From Spirochaetia bacterium (GTDB taxonomy: Bacteria; Spirochaetota; Spirochaetia; DSM-2461), in assembly GCA_963668315.1 (NCBI GenBank), contig OY764216.1, positions 320,001 through 384,000 on the forward strand: a stretch of 64,000 nucleotides of DNA, given 5' to 3'. A model generated the notes under the pieces. It was not told the DNA's origin and ran no database searches. It saw only the letters and a list, made by a program, of their open reading frames with translations. Below are positions 17,409 to 27,614 of this stretch, piece after piece. Every line of letters begins with the position of its first letter. Position 1 is the first letter of the stretch. Both the position numbers and the translations under genes were made by a program.

Positions 17409-18794
17409 ATGGCGAAAATTGAGATACTGGCGAAAGAGAACTCTCTGTGGGATATCAGGGTGGATGGAATAGAGAAAACCGCACTGGCGACCGGAGTCCC
17501 GAACCGGGTATTCCAGGGAACAGATATGAGCCGCCTGAGAAGCCTGCCCGGCTATCTGTGGCATTCAGACAGGGGTATAGAGCCCTGGCCCATAGAAGGA
17601 ATGGCGGAGGAGGAGAACCAGATTATTTTCTGGGGCGGCAAACTGTCACTCAAACCGGTTGATACTTCGTCCCCCTTTTCGGCGGAGGAGCTGTCCGGCC
17701 TCACCGGTCTCTTCCTTCTTTTCAAAGAGAAAAACGCCGATCCCGCTTTCAGTACCGACGGCTTTTTCCGGACCGACGGCGGGGGGATTTTCTGCTTTCC
17801 CCTGAATCTGATGGAGTTCATACACAGCCGTCAATCAAAAGAACTTCTCATGAGCCGGGAAATATACAACCATCCCGGTCTCAAGGGAGAGGAACGTCTC
17901 TCCCACACGCTGGCGGTGCTCTCCTTTCAGAGCCTGACGGGGGAACTCCCCTTTACCCGGACCGGCGGCTACGAATGGATACATGAGGAGATGAGAAATA
18001 AAAAACTCCCTTCCCTTGTACAGAACGGGATACCCGAAAGCGATCTCACCCGCTATATAGACAGAGCTCTGGCAGGAAAATCATACGCCTCTCTTGAAGA
18101 GTGGGCCAGCCTCTGGGAAACCGCGCCCTCCCTTCCGGGAGCCATGACCGATGCGTTCAGGGAACAGATGACAAAATATGAGGACAGCTTCGTAAAGAGT
18201 TTCCACAGAAGGAAAAACCAGCTGAAAATCATTCTGGTTATCATTCTCGCCGCCGTGGTCATAGGTGCGGGAATCAGCGGAGTCCGCAGCTATCTGGCAC
18301 CTCCCTACACCTTTGAGATGACGCCCCGGGAGGTGGTTGACTCATACTACGATGCCATCAATGACCTGGACTCCATGGGAATAGACGGTACAACGGAGAA
18401 AAAAGCGGGCAAGGCCATATCCAACCAGGTGGCGACGATGTTCGTACTGTCCAAGAACAGAGAAGCCTACTCACAGGGAGACACGATCTCTCCGGAAGAG
18501 TGGAAGGAACAGGGATACCCAGACCTTCCTTCGGGCTACAGCGTATACGGGGTGGGCGATCTGGCTATCCAGGATCTCGGGGAGAACCGTTTCCGGGCGG
18601 ATTACCTGGCCTGGTATCCACCGACGGGCGATCCGGAGAATCCCGGCTACTACAAAGATCCCTTTGAGATTTACAGGAAAACGGAGATTCTTACTCTGAT
18701 CAGGGACAAAAGGGACCGCTCCTGGATTATCGGTGCCATTGAGGAAATCAGTAACGAGCCGGTTCCCTCTTCAGAAGTCCTGCCTAAAAAGTAA
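17409..18794 (+). CDS. Hypothetical bitopic membrane protein with a degenerate kinase-like region
   Basis: 461-aa ORF with a single TM (LKIILVIILAAVVIGAGI). LAVLSFQSLTGELPF resembles kinase subdomain IX. Confidence 0.7.
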   Translation: MAKIEILAKENSLWDIRVDGIEKTALATGVPNRVFQGTDMSRLRSLPGYLWHSDRGIEPWPIEGMAEEENQIIFWGGKLSLKPVDTSSPFSAEELSGLTGLFLLFKEKNADPAFSTDGFFRTDGGGIFCFPLNLMEFIHSRQSKELLMSREIYNHPGLKGEERLSHTLAVLSFQSLTGELPFTRTGGYEWIHEEMRNKKLPSLVQNGIPESDLTRYIDRALAGKSYASLEEWASLWETAPSLPGAMTDAFREQMTKYEDSFVKSFHRRKNQLKIILVIILAAVVIGAGISGVRSYLAPPYTFEMTPREVVDSYYDAINDLDSMGIDGTTEKKAGKAISNQVATMFVLSKNREAYSQGDTISPEEWKEQGYPDLPSGYSVYGVGDLAIQDLGENRFRADYLAWYPPTGDPENPGYYKDPFEIYRKTEILTLIRDKRDRSWIIGAIEEISNEPVPSSEVLPKK

Positions 18795-18806
18795 CGTTAT
18801 GTCGTC

Positions 18807-19787
18807 TCAGGGTTCGGCAAAGGGATCCTGAGACCAGGTGTAGGCATAGATCCCGCCGCCGATGGTCAGATTAAAAAGGCTGAATCCGGCCAGAGCATTA
18901 CCCAGATCGCCCGCACCGGCCATATAAGCTACGGCACTTGCCGTCATGGAGAGTCCTCCCAGCACAAAGGCGGCCTTGCCGGTGTCCAGCAAGCGGTTCC
19001 AGTCCCTGTCGGACGGCATATCCATCTCAACTTTCACGGAACCTTCCTCGTCGGCGACCGCTTCTTCCTGGCCGAGATCGGCTATAACCGCTTTCTCATC
19101 GCCATAGGCTTCCCCCGTAAAGGGATGGGCTTTCCAGTATCCGGCATAATCGGCATCAAAAAGAGAGGGGATAAGGGGAAGATCCCTTTCCCAGCTGGAG
19201 GCCACGACCATCTCTCCCGTATCGATGAGAACCGGCTCCCTGTACTCCACCCTCTTATCTTCGATGAGAGGAGAGATATTCCTCTTCTGCATTACCTCAA
19301 CGGGGCCATCAAGGGAGTAGATCCGCGTTAAAACCTCCGGCTGGTCCAGAGTCATATCGTAATCCAGGTTAATCCCCATTTCGCCGCCTCTAAGCCGGCC
19401 GACGGTGTCTTCACTGCCAATCCAGAAATCACCCTCCGCCCGGTCATCCATTCGTCCGTGTACATGGCCGTAGGAAAGGGTCAGAAGACTTCCCTGCCTG
19501 AGATCCAGAGATTCCACGGCCAGGGCGCTGTTCTCGGCCACCATCAGACGGACGCCCCCCGAACCCAGTTCCAGAAAGGTCCCCTCCCCGGTGATCAGGA
19601 AGTCGCCTTCCCCGATGAGAAGGGATGGCAGATCCAGAGTGTTGACATCCATCTCCTGCCTGACATCTCCCCGCACGAGGGAAAAGGACGCGCCTTCCCC
19701 AGAGACTATATGGAAATAATCCTCCCCGAAAAGGGAAAGAGAAATACTCAGAATCATTATGGTCAGGGGTAAAAAGTATCTGTTCAT
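18807..19787 (-). CDS. Hypothetical exported protein, FecR-like N-terminal region
   Basis: Signal peptide, GD.L.TG.G...EL......V.ENS.L and V..LDG.VEV patterns, C-terminal hydrophobic segments. Confidence 0.65.
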   Translation of the reverse strand: MNRYFLPLTIMILSISLSLFGEDYFHIVSGEGASFSLVRGDVRQEMDVNTLDLPSLLIGEGDFLITGEGTFLELGSGGVRLMVAENSALAVESLDLRQGSLLTLSYGHVHGRMDDRAEGDFWIGSEDTVGRLRGGEMGINLDYDMTLDQPEVLTRIYSLDGPVEVMQKRNISPLIEDKRVEYREPVLIDTGEMVVASSWERDLPLIPSLFDADYAGYWKAHPFTGEAYGDEKAVIADLGQEEAVADEEGSVKVEMDMPSDRDWNRLLDTGKAAFVLGGLSMTASAVAYMAGAGDLGNALAGFSLFNLTIGGGIYAYTWSQDPFAEP

Positions 19788-19798
19788 GGGAACCTCAC

Positions 19799-20641
19799 TT
19801 ATTTAACAGGCATATCCTTCCATACACCGTCGAGGAGGAGACGGACGTCTTCATAACCCGCCTCTTCAATAATCCTGCCGGCCTCTTCATAGTAGAAATC
19901 CAGATTCTCGGGAGAGTGGGCATCGGCATTCAGCTGAACGGGAATATCCCTTTTGCGCGCCTCTTCCAGAATCCAGGGAGAGGGGTAAACGGTATCGGTA
20001 TAACCACGGCAGATACCGCCGGTATTGACTTCAAGAATAATCCCGCTGTCCTTCAGGGTATCCAGGGTGGCAAGGACCTCTTCCCTGTACCAGGAAGCCT
20101 CCTCGGAAAAATAGGCGTCGTCCCGGTTATGTTTCTTTATCAGATCCATATGCCCCAGAATATCAATATGCCCTATCCCTATCATTTCCCGAATATGTCC
20201 GTAATACCGGCGGACCAGGTTTTCCGTAATGCCTCCGCACATATCATTAACAATATGCTTGAACTCTTCAACAGGTCCGTCGATGGCATACCACTTATTT
20301 TCCACCTCATCCCAGAGAGAGTGAAGGGAACCGATTCTATACTCCAGGGGAAGGGTGTCGTAATATTCGTCGGCCGCGGAAGACATCCCGGGGAAATACT
20401 CAATCTCCAGCCCCAGGTAAATATCCAGCTTCCCCGCATACTGTTCTTTAAGGGACTGAATTTCCTTTATATATTTGGGAACGGCCCTCTCTTTGATACC
20501 GCAGCTCGAATCGGGCCAGGGTGAATGGGATGAAAAGCCCAGGGCGTCAAAGCCTTTCTCCAGGGCGGCTTCGGCGTAAGCCCTGGGCTTACCCTTTCCG
20601 TCACAATAATGGTTATGCGTATGGTAACAGGTCTTAATCAT
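19799..20641 (-). CDS. hisJ: Histidinol-phosphatase, HisJ/PHP family
   Basis: YHTHNHYCDG, GFSSH, GLEIEY, IGSLH, GHMD, LEVNT, ADAH. Confidence 0.88.
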   Translation of the reverse strand: MIKTCYHTHNHYCDGKGKPRAYAEAALEKGFDALGFSSHSPWPDSSCGIKERAVPKYIKEIQSLKEQYAGKLDIYLGLEIEYFPGMSSAADEYYDTLPLEYRIGSLHSLWDEVENKWYAIDGPVEEFKHIVNDMCGGITENLVRRYYGHIREMIGIGHIDILGHMDLIKKHNRDDAYFSEEASWYREEVLATLDTLKDSGIILEVNTGGICRGYTDTVYPSPWILEEARKRDIPVQLNADAHSPENLDFYYEEAGRIIEEAGYEDVRLLLDGVWKDMPVK

Positions 20642-21102
20642 GCTCTCACTAAAAGGCCGTGCTTAAGGGCCAGATCATTCTCCGGGATCCGGGTGTGCTT
20701 CCTGGTTCCGTCGGGATACTCTAATCTAAGCTTCTCTACCAGCGTGTTAAGCAGTTCCACGTTGTCCTTGAAAATATGGGACATCATCTTCCGGTACAAA
20801 AGCTCCTCCTCCGCCATGGCGTGTCTGCTTCTGTGAAAAGGGGAGATCATCAAAGCCTCGTCTATGCGATGCAGCACTTTTTTTCTGACCTGCTCCTTAA
20901 AACTCACCAGCTCCGCCACGCCGTCCTCCATAAATGGCTTATCATCCACATAGGTCTGGGCGTCCTGTAAAAAATAACGGATTTCCCGGCAATTGTCCAC
21001 TAAACATCTTTCCATGGCCGTAGAGATGACAGGCTTAAAGAAAAAATCTTCCAAAAGGCGGTTAACTTCAATGATGGTTTCAAGAACCTGTTTTTTGTCC
21101 AT
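20638..21102 (-). CDS. Hypothetical protein
   Basis: ATG 21102 with GGGAG SD. ATGA overlap with the phosphatase gene. Confidence 0.65.
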   Translation of the reverse strand: MDKKQVLETIIEVNRLLEDFFFKPVISTAMERCLVDNCREIRYFLQDAQTYVDDKPFMEDGVAELVSFKEQVRKKVLHRIDEALMISPFHRSRHAMAEEELLYRKMMSHIFKDNVELLNTLVEKLRLEYPDGTRKHTRIPENDLALKHGLLVRA

Positions 21103-21297
21103 GACATTCTCCCTTCCTCCCATAATCGGCAGAAAGGGGAAGTCCGTTTAATTTTCCCTGTTCTTTTCCCCTTTTTCCTCCGAATCGAGAGGCTCCGGAA
21201 TCTTTCGGTTGCCAAATTCCTGTAAAAGAGTTATAAAAACTATAAGCCCCTCTACCGTAAGGCCGGGAGCAGAGATATCCAGAGAAAGAGGTTCACA

Positions 21298-21729
21298 GTG
21301 AGCGAAACAGTTATGATTTGTACCGATTTTGGTAAGGTTAGCGACAGAGTAATACAGAAGGGAGTCGAATTAGCAGTCAAGCTGCAGGCCCCGGTCAGGC
21401 TCGTTCATGTCATATCAGCCGACAAAGCCGCACCCCACGCCGCTCCCAACGCCACAGATTCCATTGCGAAAGAGAGAATTCAGAAACAGAACAAACTGGA
21501 GCGGGCGAAGGAAAAACTGCGCGATTCGGGATGCCCCTTTTCCACGGCCACTCCCGCCGGGGACGTTATCGAAGAACTGAAAAAAGAGATCCATGAGCAC
21601 AATCCCTATGTCCTGGTCATGGGCGCCTTAAACAATACGGCTATCCATCACGTCGTATCGGGCAGCGTGGCGGGAACCATCCTTAACAGTACAAACTGCC
21701 AGGTTCTCCTGGTACCGGAGGAAAAATAA
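21298..21729 (+). CDS. Universal stress protein
   Basis: ICTDF, LVHV, LVMG......GSVA..IL....C.VLLVP. Confidence 0.9.
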   Translation: MSETVMICTDFGKVSDRVIQKGVELAVKLQAPVRLVHVISADKAAPHAAPNATDSIAKERIQKQNKLERAKEKLRDSGCPFSTATPAGDVIEELKKEIHEHNPYVLVMGALNNTAIHHVVSGSVAGTILNSTNCQVLLVPEEK

Positions 21730-21737
21730 CCCGATAC

Positions 21738-23138
21738 ATGGAAAAGCGTATTGTCTGTAAATTCGGCGGCTCAAACTTCAAATCCCGGGAAAGCGTCAGG
21801 GCTATCATCGATGCGGTTTCTCTCTATGACAAACCCCTCATTCTGGTCGTATCCGCTTTCTACGGTATAACCAATTACCTGACAGAGGGAATTGAAACGG
21901 TCCAGCATAATGAAAACTATGTCCAGAAGCTCATCTCCACCATCAAGGAAAAGAAGATGGAAAGCATCGACTTCTCCATTTCCGACGAAAAGATCCGCCG
22001 GGAAACATATAAAATGGTGGATGCCAGACTAGATGAGCTTCAGAGATACCTTCTGGGTGTTCACTACATAGGGGAACTCCCCCATTCCGTCAAGGACCGC
22101 ATTCTCAGTTACGGGGAAAGACTCAGCTCCCTTATTCTGACGCAGACCCTCATTTCCTGCGGGTTTGATGCCGAAGAAGCCCTGCCCGAGGATCTCGGGC
22201 TCATCACAGACGGAGAGTTCAGTTCCGCCTCGGTGGATTTCCGCGAATCGGAGAAAAATATCTCCCGGAACCTGGGAAACAGACAGATCTATGTGGTTCC
22301 CGGTTTTTACGGCATCTCTCCCGATGGACAGATAAACCTGCTCGGACGGGGAGGCAGCGACTACTCGGCTGCGGCGATCGCCAGGGCGGCAGGAGCCGAA
22401 TCGCTGGATATATGGAAGGACGTGGACGGTTTTATGACCGCCAACCCCAAGATTATTCCCGCAGCCCGTCCCTTGCCCTCCCTCTCCTACCGGGAGGCGG
22501 CGGAGCTCTCCTATTTCGGAGCGAGCATACTCCATCCCCGGACGGTCGAACCTCTGCAGGACAGGAATATTCCCATTAGAATATTGAATATCGAGGCCGA
22601 TCTCTCCAGCCTGAATCCCCTGACGATTATAGACGACAGCAAGCAGGATGGCTCCCATCCCGCCCGCAGTGTCACCTACAGCGATGATTTTGCCATTCTG
22701 CGCGTTACAGGACCGGGCGTGGGGATCAAAGGGGGCATCCTGGGAAAAATAACCACGACCCTCGACAGCCGCGGCATCAACATAAAATCGGTAGTCACGT
22801 CCCAGACATCCATAAATCTCTACCTGGGCGCCGACGACCTCAACCGCTCCGTCCGTGTCATGGAGGAGCTGAAATTATCCACCGTCACCAGGCTGACTCC
22901 CATGAGCGGGATTTCCATTATCGCCCTGGTGGGGGAAGGACTTCTGGATCATCCGGATCTGGCAGGACGGATCGTAGCGCCGCTGGTAAAGGAGGGCATC
23001 AAAATGCCCATCGTATCCCTGGGTGCTTCCGAGGGAACGGCTTACTTCGTCGTATCCCAGGCAGAAAGGGACAGAGCACTCAGAATCATACATAAAAACT
23101 TTTTCGAAAAAGACGATTTCGAATCTACCGGAAAATAG
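21738..23138 (+). CDS. Aspartate kinase with ACT domains
   Basis: KFGGS, VVSA..G.TN, SYGE.LS, LGRGGSDYSA, DVDG..TANP, EA.ELS.FGA.ILHP. Confidence 0.95.
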   Translation: MEKRIVCKFGGSNFKSRESVRAIIDAVSLYDKPLILVVSAFYGITNYLTEGIETVQHNENYVQKLISTIKEKKMESIDFSISDEKIRRETYKMVDARLDELQRYLLGVHYIGELPHSVKDRILSYGERLSSLILTQTLISCGFDAEEALPEDLGLITDGEFSSASVDFRESEKNISRNLGNRQIYVVPGFYGISPDGQINLLGRGGSDYSAAAIARAAGAESLDIWKDVDGFMTANPKIIPAARPLPSLSYREAAELSYFGASILHPRTVEPLQDRNIPIRILNIEADLSSLNPLTIIDDSKQDGSHPARSVTYSDDFAILRVTGPGVGIKGGILGKITTTLDSRGINIKSVVTSQTSINLYLGADDLNRSVRVMEELKLSTVTRLTPMSGISIIALVGEGLLDHPDLAGRIVAPLVKEGIKMPIVSLGASEGTAYFVVSQAERDRALRIIHKNFFEKDDFESTGK

Positions 23139-23148
23139 GATATCACCC

Positions 23149-23904
23149 GTGAAATATGAACTGGAAACAATCCCCGTCTGGGACGCCATGAAGGAGGGCG
23201 GGGAGTGCCTTTTCTGCGAGCTCCAGGAGAAGTCCCGAAACTATTACCTGGACTTTTACCTGGGAAGCTCGGTCATGAACCCCGAAACCCGGCTGCGGGT
23301 TAACCAGAGCGGCTTCTGCCCCGCCCATTATGCCGAACTGACGGCGCGCCGCAAGGCCCACGGCCTGGGCCTGATGACCCATACCTATCTTATGGAGCGG
23401 CAGAAGGAGTGGATTCCCCAGATGGAAAAGCTTCAGAAAAAATGCCGGGCCCTGGGAGAGAAAAAACTTCTCCCCCTTATTCCGAAGGATATCAGGAAGG
23501 AACAGGAGTCACTGATCCGGATGATACAGGAAAAGGAGTGTTCCTGCCTTATCTGCGATGACCTGGCGCGAAGCATGAACCGCTACTACTACACCCTTGC
23601 CTACCTCTGGCGCAAGGATGAGGAGTTCCGCCAGGCCTTCAGGGAGTCGAAAGGCCTCTGCCTTCATCATATGTACGGACTCCTTCCCCTGGCGGAGGAA
23701 GCTCTCAAGCCGTCGGAGTACCTTATTTTCCTCGACGAGCTGATGGAACTGCAGAAGGGGAATCTTTCACGCCTGGAGGGGGAGCTTCATTGGTTTACCC
23801 AGAAATTCGACTCCCAGAATAACGCCAAACCCTGGGGAGATTCAAAGAACGCCCATAAACGGACGATTCAGAAGCTCACGGGAAAAGTCTTCGAACTGGA
23901 TTAA
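23149..23904 (+). CDS. DUF6062-like Cys/His protein
   Basis: Two C..C ... C..H repeats (ECLFC, GFCPAH, CLIC, GLCLHH). GTG start 10 bp after the kinase stop. Confidence 0.72.
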   Translation: MKYELETIPVWDAMKEGGECLFCELQEKSRNYYLDFYLGSSVMNPETRLRVNQSGFCPAHYAELTARRKAHGLGLMTHTYLMERQKEWIPQMEKLQKKCRALGEKKLLPLIPKDIRKEQESLIRMIQEKECSCLICDDLARSMNRYYYTLAYLWRKDEEFRQAFRESKGLCLHHMYGLLPLAEEALKPSEYLIFLDELMELQKGNLSRLEGELHWFTQKFDSQNNAKPWGDSKNAHKRTIQKLTGKVFELD

Positions 23905-25734
23905 TCAGGCCAGTCCCAGATCGGTCTCTCCCTCAAGAAGGCGGGAGTTGACCGTTTCCACCCTGTTGCGTCCCCTGCTTTTCGCCAGATAGAGCGCCAT
24001 GTCGGCGCGGCGGATCAATTCATCGGCATTCATAACCGGTTCTTTTCCGGGAATCATAAACTCCACTCCCACACTGATCGTGACATAGGGAGAACAGGGT
24101 GAGTCGGGATGGGGAATCTGCAGATGTTCAACAGCCTCTCTCAGATGCTCTCCGATCGTGACCATATTGGCCAGGGAATCCACTCCCTGTACAACGACAA
24201 TAAACTCCTCTCCCCCGTAACGGGCGATGAAATCCTGATTCCTTTTAAGGCTTCCCGAAAGAGCTTTGGCCACTTCGACCAGGCAGGTATCGCCTTCCTT
24301 ATGCCCGAGAGCATCATTATAGTTTTTAAACTTATCGATATCCACCATAATAATCCCGATCCCCTGTTCAAGGGTGGAGACCATTTCCCAGCTCTTCTTC
24401 AGGTAACTGTCCAGGGACCGGCGATTCTTGACCCGGGTCAGATGGTCCATGAGGGCCTGATTTTCATACTGGTCCTTCTGGCTGCGGAGCGTTCTGTTCC
24501 GTTCGGACAGAACCTTGACCATAAGATAGTTCTTGCTGGCAAATCGAGCCTGCAGTACGGTCTGAAACAGACAGAAGCAGAAAAAGTAAACCGCCAGGCC
24601 GGTATCATTCATGGGGACAGAGTTATCTACCATACTGAAGACCACGGCGAGGAAAAGCAGAATATCCCCCGTCAGAGCCAAGAACGCATCGAGAGTTCTG
24701 TTTTCGGCAACATCCCGTATCAAAACAAAGATAATGTACAGGGACAGGATCAGCGCATGGATAACGAATACCAGTTCAAACCGGGTATAGAGCGATTTGG
24801 GAGCGATCAGCAGAAAGAGAGAGAAAAGAGCGACTATCACGCTGTCGACCTTCCCGATGAATCTGTTGATTCTGATTTCTTGCTTGCTGCTGTACTGCTT
24901 GTACGTGAAATAGGGGTAACACAGCAGAACAAGATAGATGATTTTGGAACGGATTTCCCCTCCCGTACTGGGATAAAGGTCCATCAGCACCAGCGGCCCT
25001 TTGACCGCGGTGTAAAGAACGGCGGACTGAATCACCATTCCCAGCCAGAAAGTGCTTTGCTCCTCCCGGTTGTAAAGAAAGGAGAAGAAGAGAAAAAAGC
25101 TCAGAAGAACCATGGCTCCGATAAATAGCGATTCCCTTATCTTTTCCCTCATAAGGTCCTGAAGCACCATCTCATACCGTCCCAGAACGGGAAGGCGGAA
25201 AATTCCCGGCTTGTTGGTGTGCCAGTTGCTCATGGTGACAATGATATCAATACGGCCCTCAATAACACTCAGGGGGACGACGACGGAGACATTTCCCGGA
25301 CGGGAAAGGGAACGGGATTCATTGGGCGAGCCGCTTTGGTAAGCCCGCTTCCCATTCACATATAAAATATAATTGGGATTGAGATTGGTCAGCTTGATTC
25401 CTAATAACTCGCTCTCCTCGTCAGCCAGTATCGTCAGGGAGTAGACGGCCGTTCCGAAAGAAGGATAGGACTCCTCAACGGAATTCCAGTGCTGGGGGAC
25501 TTTTATATAGCTGGCAGCCCGTTCTGTAACAAAATTCCCTGTGGTATCGGAATAGGCAAAGCGATCCCAGAAGAAGGCCCAATCCCCCCGGAGAGGGACA
25601 ACCCAGTTTTCCTGGAGATTCTGTCCCCGTAAATCGAGCACACCCTTTTCAACAGAAAAATTGTCATGAATAATTACATGGGAACAGGAAGAAAGCAGTA
25701 TGATAAGAATTAACAGGGAAGCTGCTCTTTTCAT
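23905..25734 (-). CDS. Membrane diguanylate cyclase (extracellular sensor + 7TM-DISM-like + GGEEF)
   Basis: GVLDL..LRGDW.F.W sensor, ~7 TMs, DIDKFK.YND.LGH..GD, RNQD I-site, RYGGEEF. Confidence 0.92.
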   Translation of the reverse strand: MKRAASLLILIILLSSCSHVIIHDNFSVEKGVLDLRGQNLQENWVVPLRGDWAFFWDRFAYSDTTGNFVTERAASYIKVPQHWNSVEESYPSFGTAVYSLTILADEESELLGIKLTNLNPNYILYVNGKRAYQSGSPNESRSLSRPGNVSVVVPLSVIEGRIDIIVTMSNWHTNKPGIFRLPVLGRYEMVLQDLMREKIRESLFIGAMVLLSFFLFFSFLYNREEQSTFWLGMVIQSAVLYTAVKGPLVLMDLYPSTGGEIRSKIIYLVLLCYPYFTYKQYSSKQEIRINRFIGKVDSVIVALFSLFLLIAPKSLYTRFELVFVIHALILSLYIIFVLIRDVAENRTLDAFLALTGDILLFLAVVFSMVDNSVPMNDTGLAVYFFCFCLFQTVLQARFASKNYLMVKVLSERNRTLRSQKDQYENQALMDHLTRVKNRRSLDSYLKKSWEMVSTLEQGIGIIMVDIDKFKNYNDALGHKEGDTCLVEVAKALSGSLKRNQDFIARYGGEEFIVVVQGVDSLANMVTIGEHLREAVEHLQIPHPDSPCSPYVTISVGVEFMIPGKEPVMNADELIRRADMALYLAKSRGRNRVETVNSRLLEGETDLGLA

Positions 25735-25740
25735 AGAGCT

Positions 25741-26016
25741 TTAACGCTTGCCGGTAACTTTAATAACATGCCACCCGAACTGGGTGTTCACAGGATCGGA
25801 AACGGAACCGACCCCCAGCCTTTTGACGGCGTTCTCGAAGGCGGGAACCATTTTACCCGGGCCGAACCAGCCCAGATCCCCGCCGGAAGACTTGCTCGGA
25901 CAAGTGGAATAGCGGCGGGCTAACTCCTCAAAGCGGGCGCCCTGTTTAATATCGCGGCTCAGCTTCTGAGCCAGCGCCCGATCATTTACAAGAATATGAC
26001 TTGCCTTCCATTCCAT
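25741..26016 (-). CDS. ppiC: Parvulin-type peptidyl-prolyl isomerase
   Basis: ASHILV, F.ELA..YS.CPS...GGDLG.F..G.MV..FE, TQFGWH.I. Confidence 0.95.
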   Translation of the reverse strand: MEWKASHILVNDRALAQKLSRDIKQGARFEELARRYSTCPSKSSGGDLGWFGPGKMVPAFENAVKRLGVGSVSDPVNTQFGWHVIKVTGKR

Positions 26017-26106
26017 AAGATCCCTCCCCGATTCAGAATAATATAGGCCAATATGCCTTATTTTTCAAGATTCGGAAAGGGATTAGAACAATGTTCTTTT
26101 ATGGCT

Positions 26107-27102
26107 TTAGATCTGGATACGGGCGTTAAGCGCCGCCCCCAGACTGCCGCTGGACACATTGTACATGGCTGTAAGATCAAGCTTCAACACAACGATATTG
26201 AAACTGCATCCGCCCCAGACTCTCAGAGAGCCGCCGTTGGCTTCGGAAATGATGCTGAATCCGGAATTGGAAATATCCATATCCAGGGCATCCTCTATGG
26301 CTGAAATCTGAGAATCAGTCAAAGGAGTCGTTCCATCGGAGGTGACACTGGCATCGATACCGCCGCCGGCGGAAGAGAAACCGTAGGAGTAGCCCACACC
26401 CACGCTGGGAGTGAGGATCAGGAAGCTCTTGCTGGCCTGGGCCTTCACATCGATAATGTTGGCGCTCCAGTTATAGTACATATCTCCTTCACTCAAGGTA
26501 ATATCAGTTACTCCATTATAGTTGGCTCCTCCAAAATCAATAGTCCTGCTCGGAGTAATCCCATCCATATAGATACCGCCCGTCAGGTAGTTATACCCCA
26601 CACCAACAGAAACGGAAGGAAGAATCAGACCGCCCTTCACGACACCCCAGCGGACATCTCCCCCGAGCATCATATAGTCGATTCCCACGCCGCCGGTCAT
26701 ATCTTCCAGCATGCCGGGACTAAGAAATCCGCCTTTCACTCCCACGTCGATGGGCAGAATGGGAATTCCCACCCGGGCATCGACGGTATAGGCGGGAAGG
26801 GGTACCCCCAGGCTTCCCGTCACAAAAGAGGGCAGATCCACCCCGAGCTGTGTTGCCACCGCTTCGAAAGAGTCGGAAGGAAGGGAGACGAAACCCGTCG
26901 TCAGCCCGACGCCGAAATGGGGAAAACCTCCCAGATAGGCATCGCTCCAATTCAATCCCAGCGTGCTGGCGTAGGGAAGAGCCCCTGCCATATCGTCGGA
27001 AAAATCCTTGAAATCAGATTCCAGACTGCTGTACGTAATTTGAGCTGTAGCAAAACCTGCAGCCATCATCATAATCATTAATGTTAGTAGTAATTTTTTC
27101 AT
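26107..27102 (-). CDS. Putative outer-membrane beta-barrel protein
   Basis: Signal peptide MKKLLL...ATA. Gly/aromatic-rich alternating strands ending in ALNARIQI. Confidence 0.65.
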   Translation of the reverse strand: MKKLLLTLMIMMMAAGFATAQITYSSLESDFKDFSDDMAGALPYASTLGLNWSDAYLGGFPHFGVGLTTGFVSLPSDSFEAVATQLGVDLPSFVTGSLGVPLPAYTVDARVGIPILPIDVGVKGGFLSPGMLEDMTGGVGIDYMMLGGDVRWGVVKGGLILPSVSVGVGYNYLTGGIYMDGITPSRTIDFGGANYNGVTDITLSEGDMYYNWSANIIDVKAQASKSFLILTPSVGVGYSYGFSSAGGGIDASVTSDGTTPLTDSQISAIEDALDMDISNSGFSIISEANGGSLRVWGGCSFNIVVLKLDLTAMYNVSSGSLGAALNARIQI

Positions 27103-27177
27103 GATTATTACCTCCGGTCTTATAAATTATATAGCCGGAACAGGAAATTTCCAGCCTTTTTTCTGTAGTTCTTGTGA

Positions 27178-27597
27178 TCAGCCGAAGGATGCGATGGCTT
27201 CCACGCCGTTTTCCTTGAGGATTTTCAACCCCAGATCGATGTCCTCCACGCGAAAAATCACCACGGCCTGCCCCTGATCGCACATCAGCGTGGAGTAGCA
27301 GTACTCGATGTTCACGCCGTTTTTCTCGAACAATTCCATGATATCGGCCAGCCCGCCGGGCTCGTCGGTCAGCTTGACGCCGATGACTTCCGTCACCCTC
27401 GCGGTAAAGCCCGCCTCCTTCAGAGCGAGCAGAGCTTCCTTGGGCTGCTCGCAGATAATGCGGAGTATGCCGAAGTCGGCCGTGTCGGCGATGGTGGCCG
27501 CCCGCATGTTGATTCCGGCGTTTCCCATGGCCCGGGTCACCTGGGCCAGCCTTCCGTTGGTATTCTCTATAAAAACTGATAACTGCTTTACTTTCAT
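27178..27597 (-). CDS. Tandem ACT-domain protein
   Basis: KQLSVF.EN..GRL, IADT.DFGILR, D.PGGL, NIEY.Y. This family is commonly adjacent to paaK. Confidence 0.9.
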   Translation of the reverse strand: MKVKQLSVFIENTNGRLAQVTRAMGNAGINMRAATIADTADFGILRIICEQPKEALLALKEAGFTARVTEVIGVKLTDEPGGLADIMELFEKNGVNIEYCYSTLMCDQGQAVVIFRVEDIDLGLKILKENGVEAIASFG

Positions 27598-27614
27598 GTT
27601 AGGTCTCCTTGATC

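Noticed and set aside
21124..21297. Lysine riboswitch upstream of the aspartate kinase operon
   Set aside because: The leader after the predicted promoter is only about 55 nt and lacks L-box motifs.
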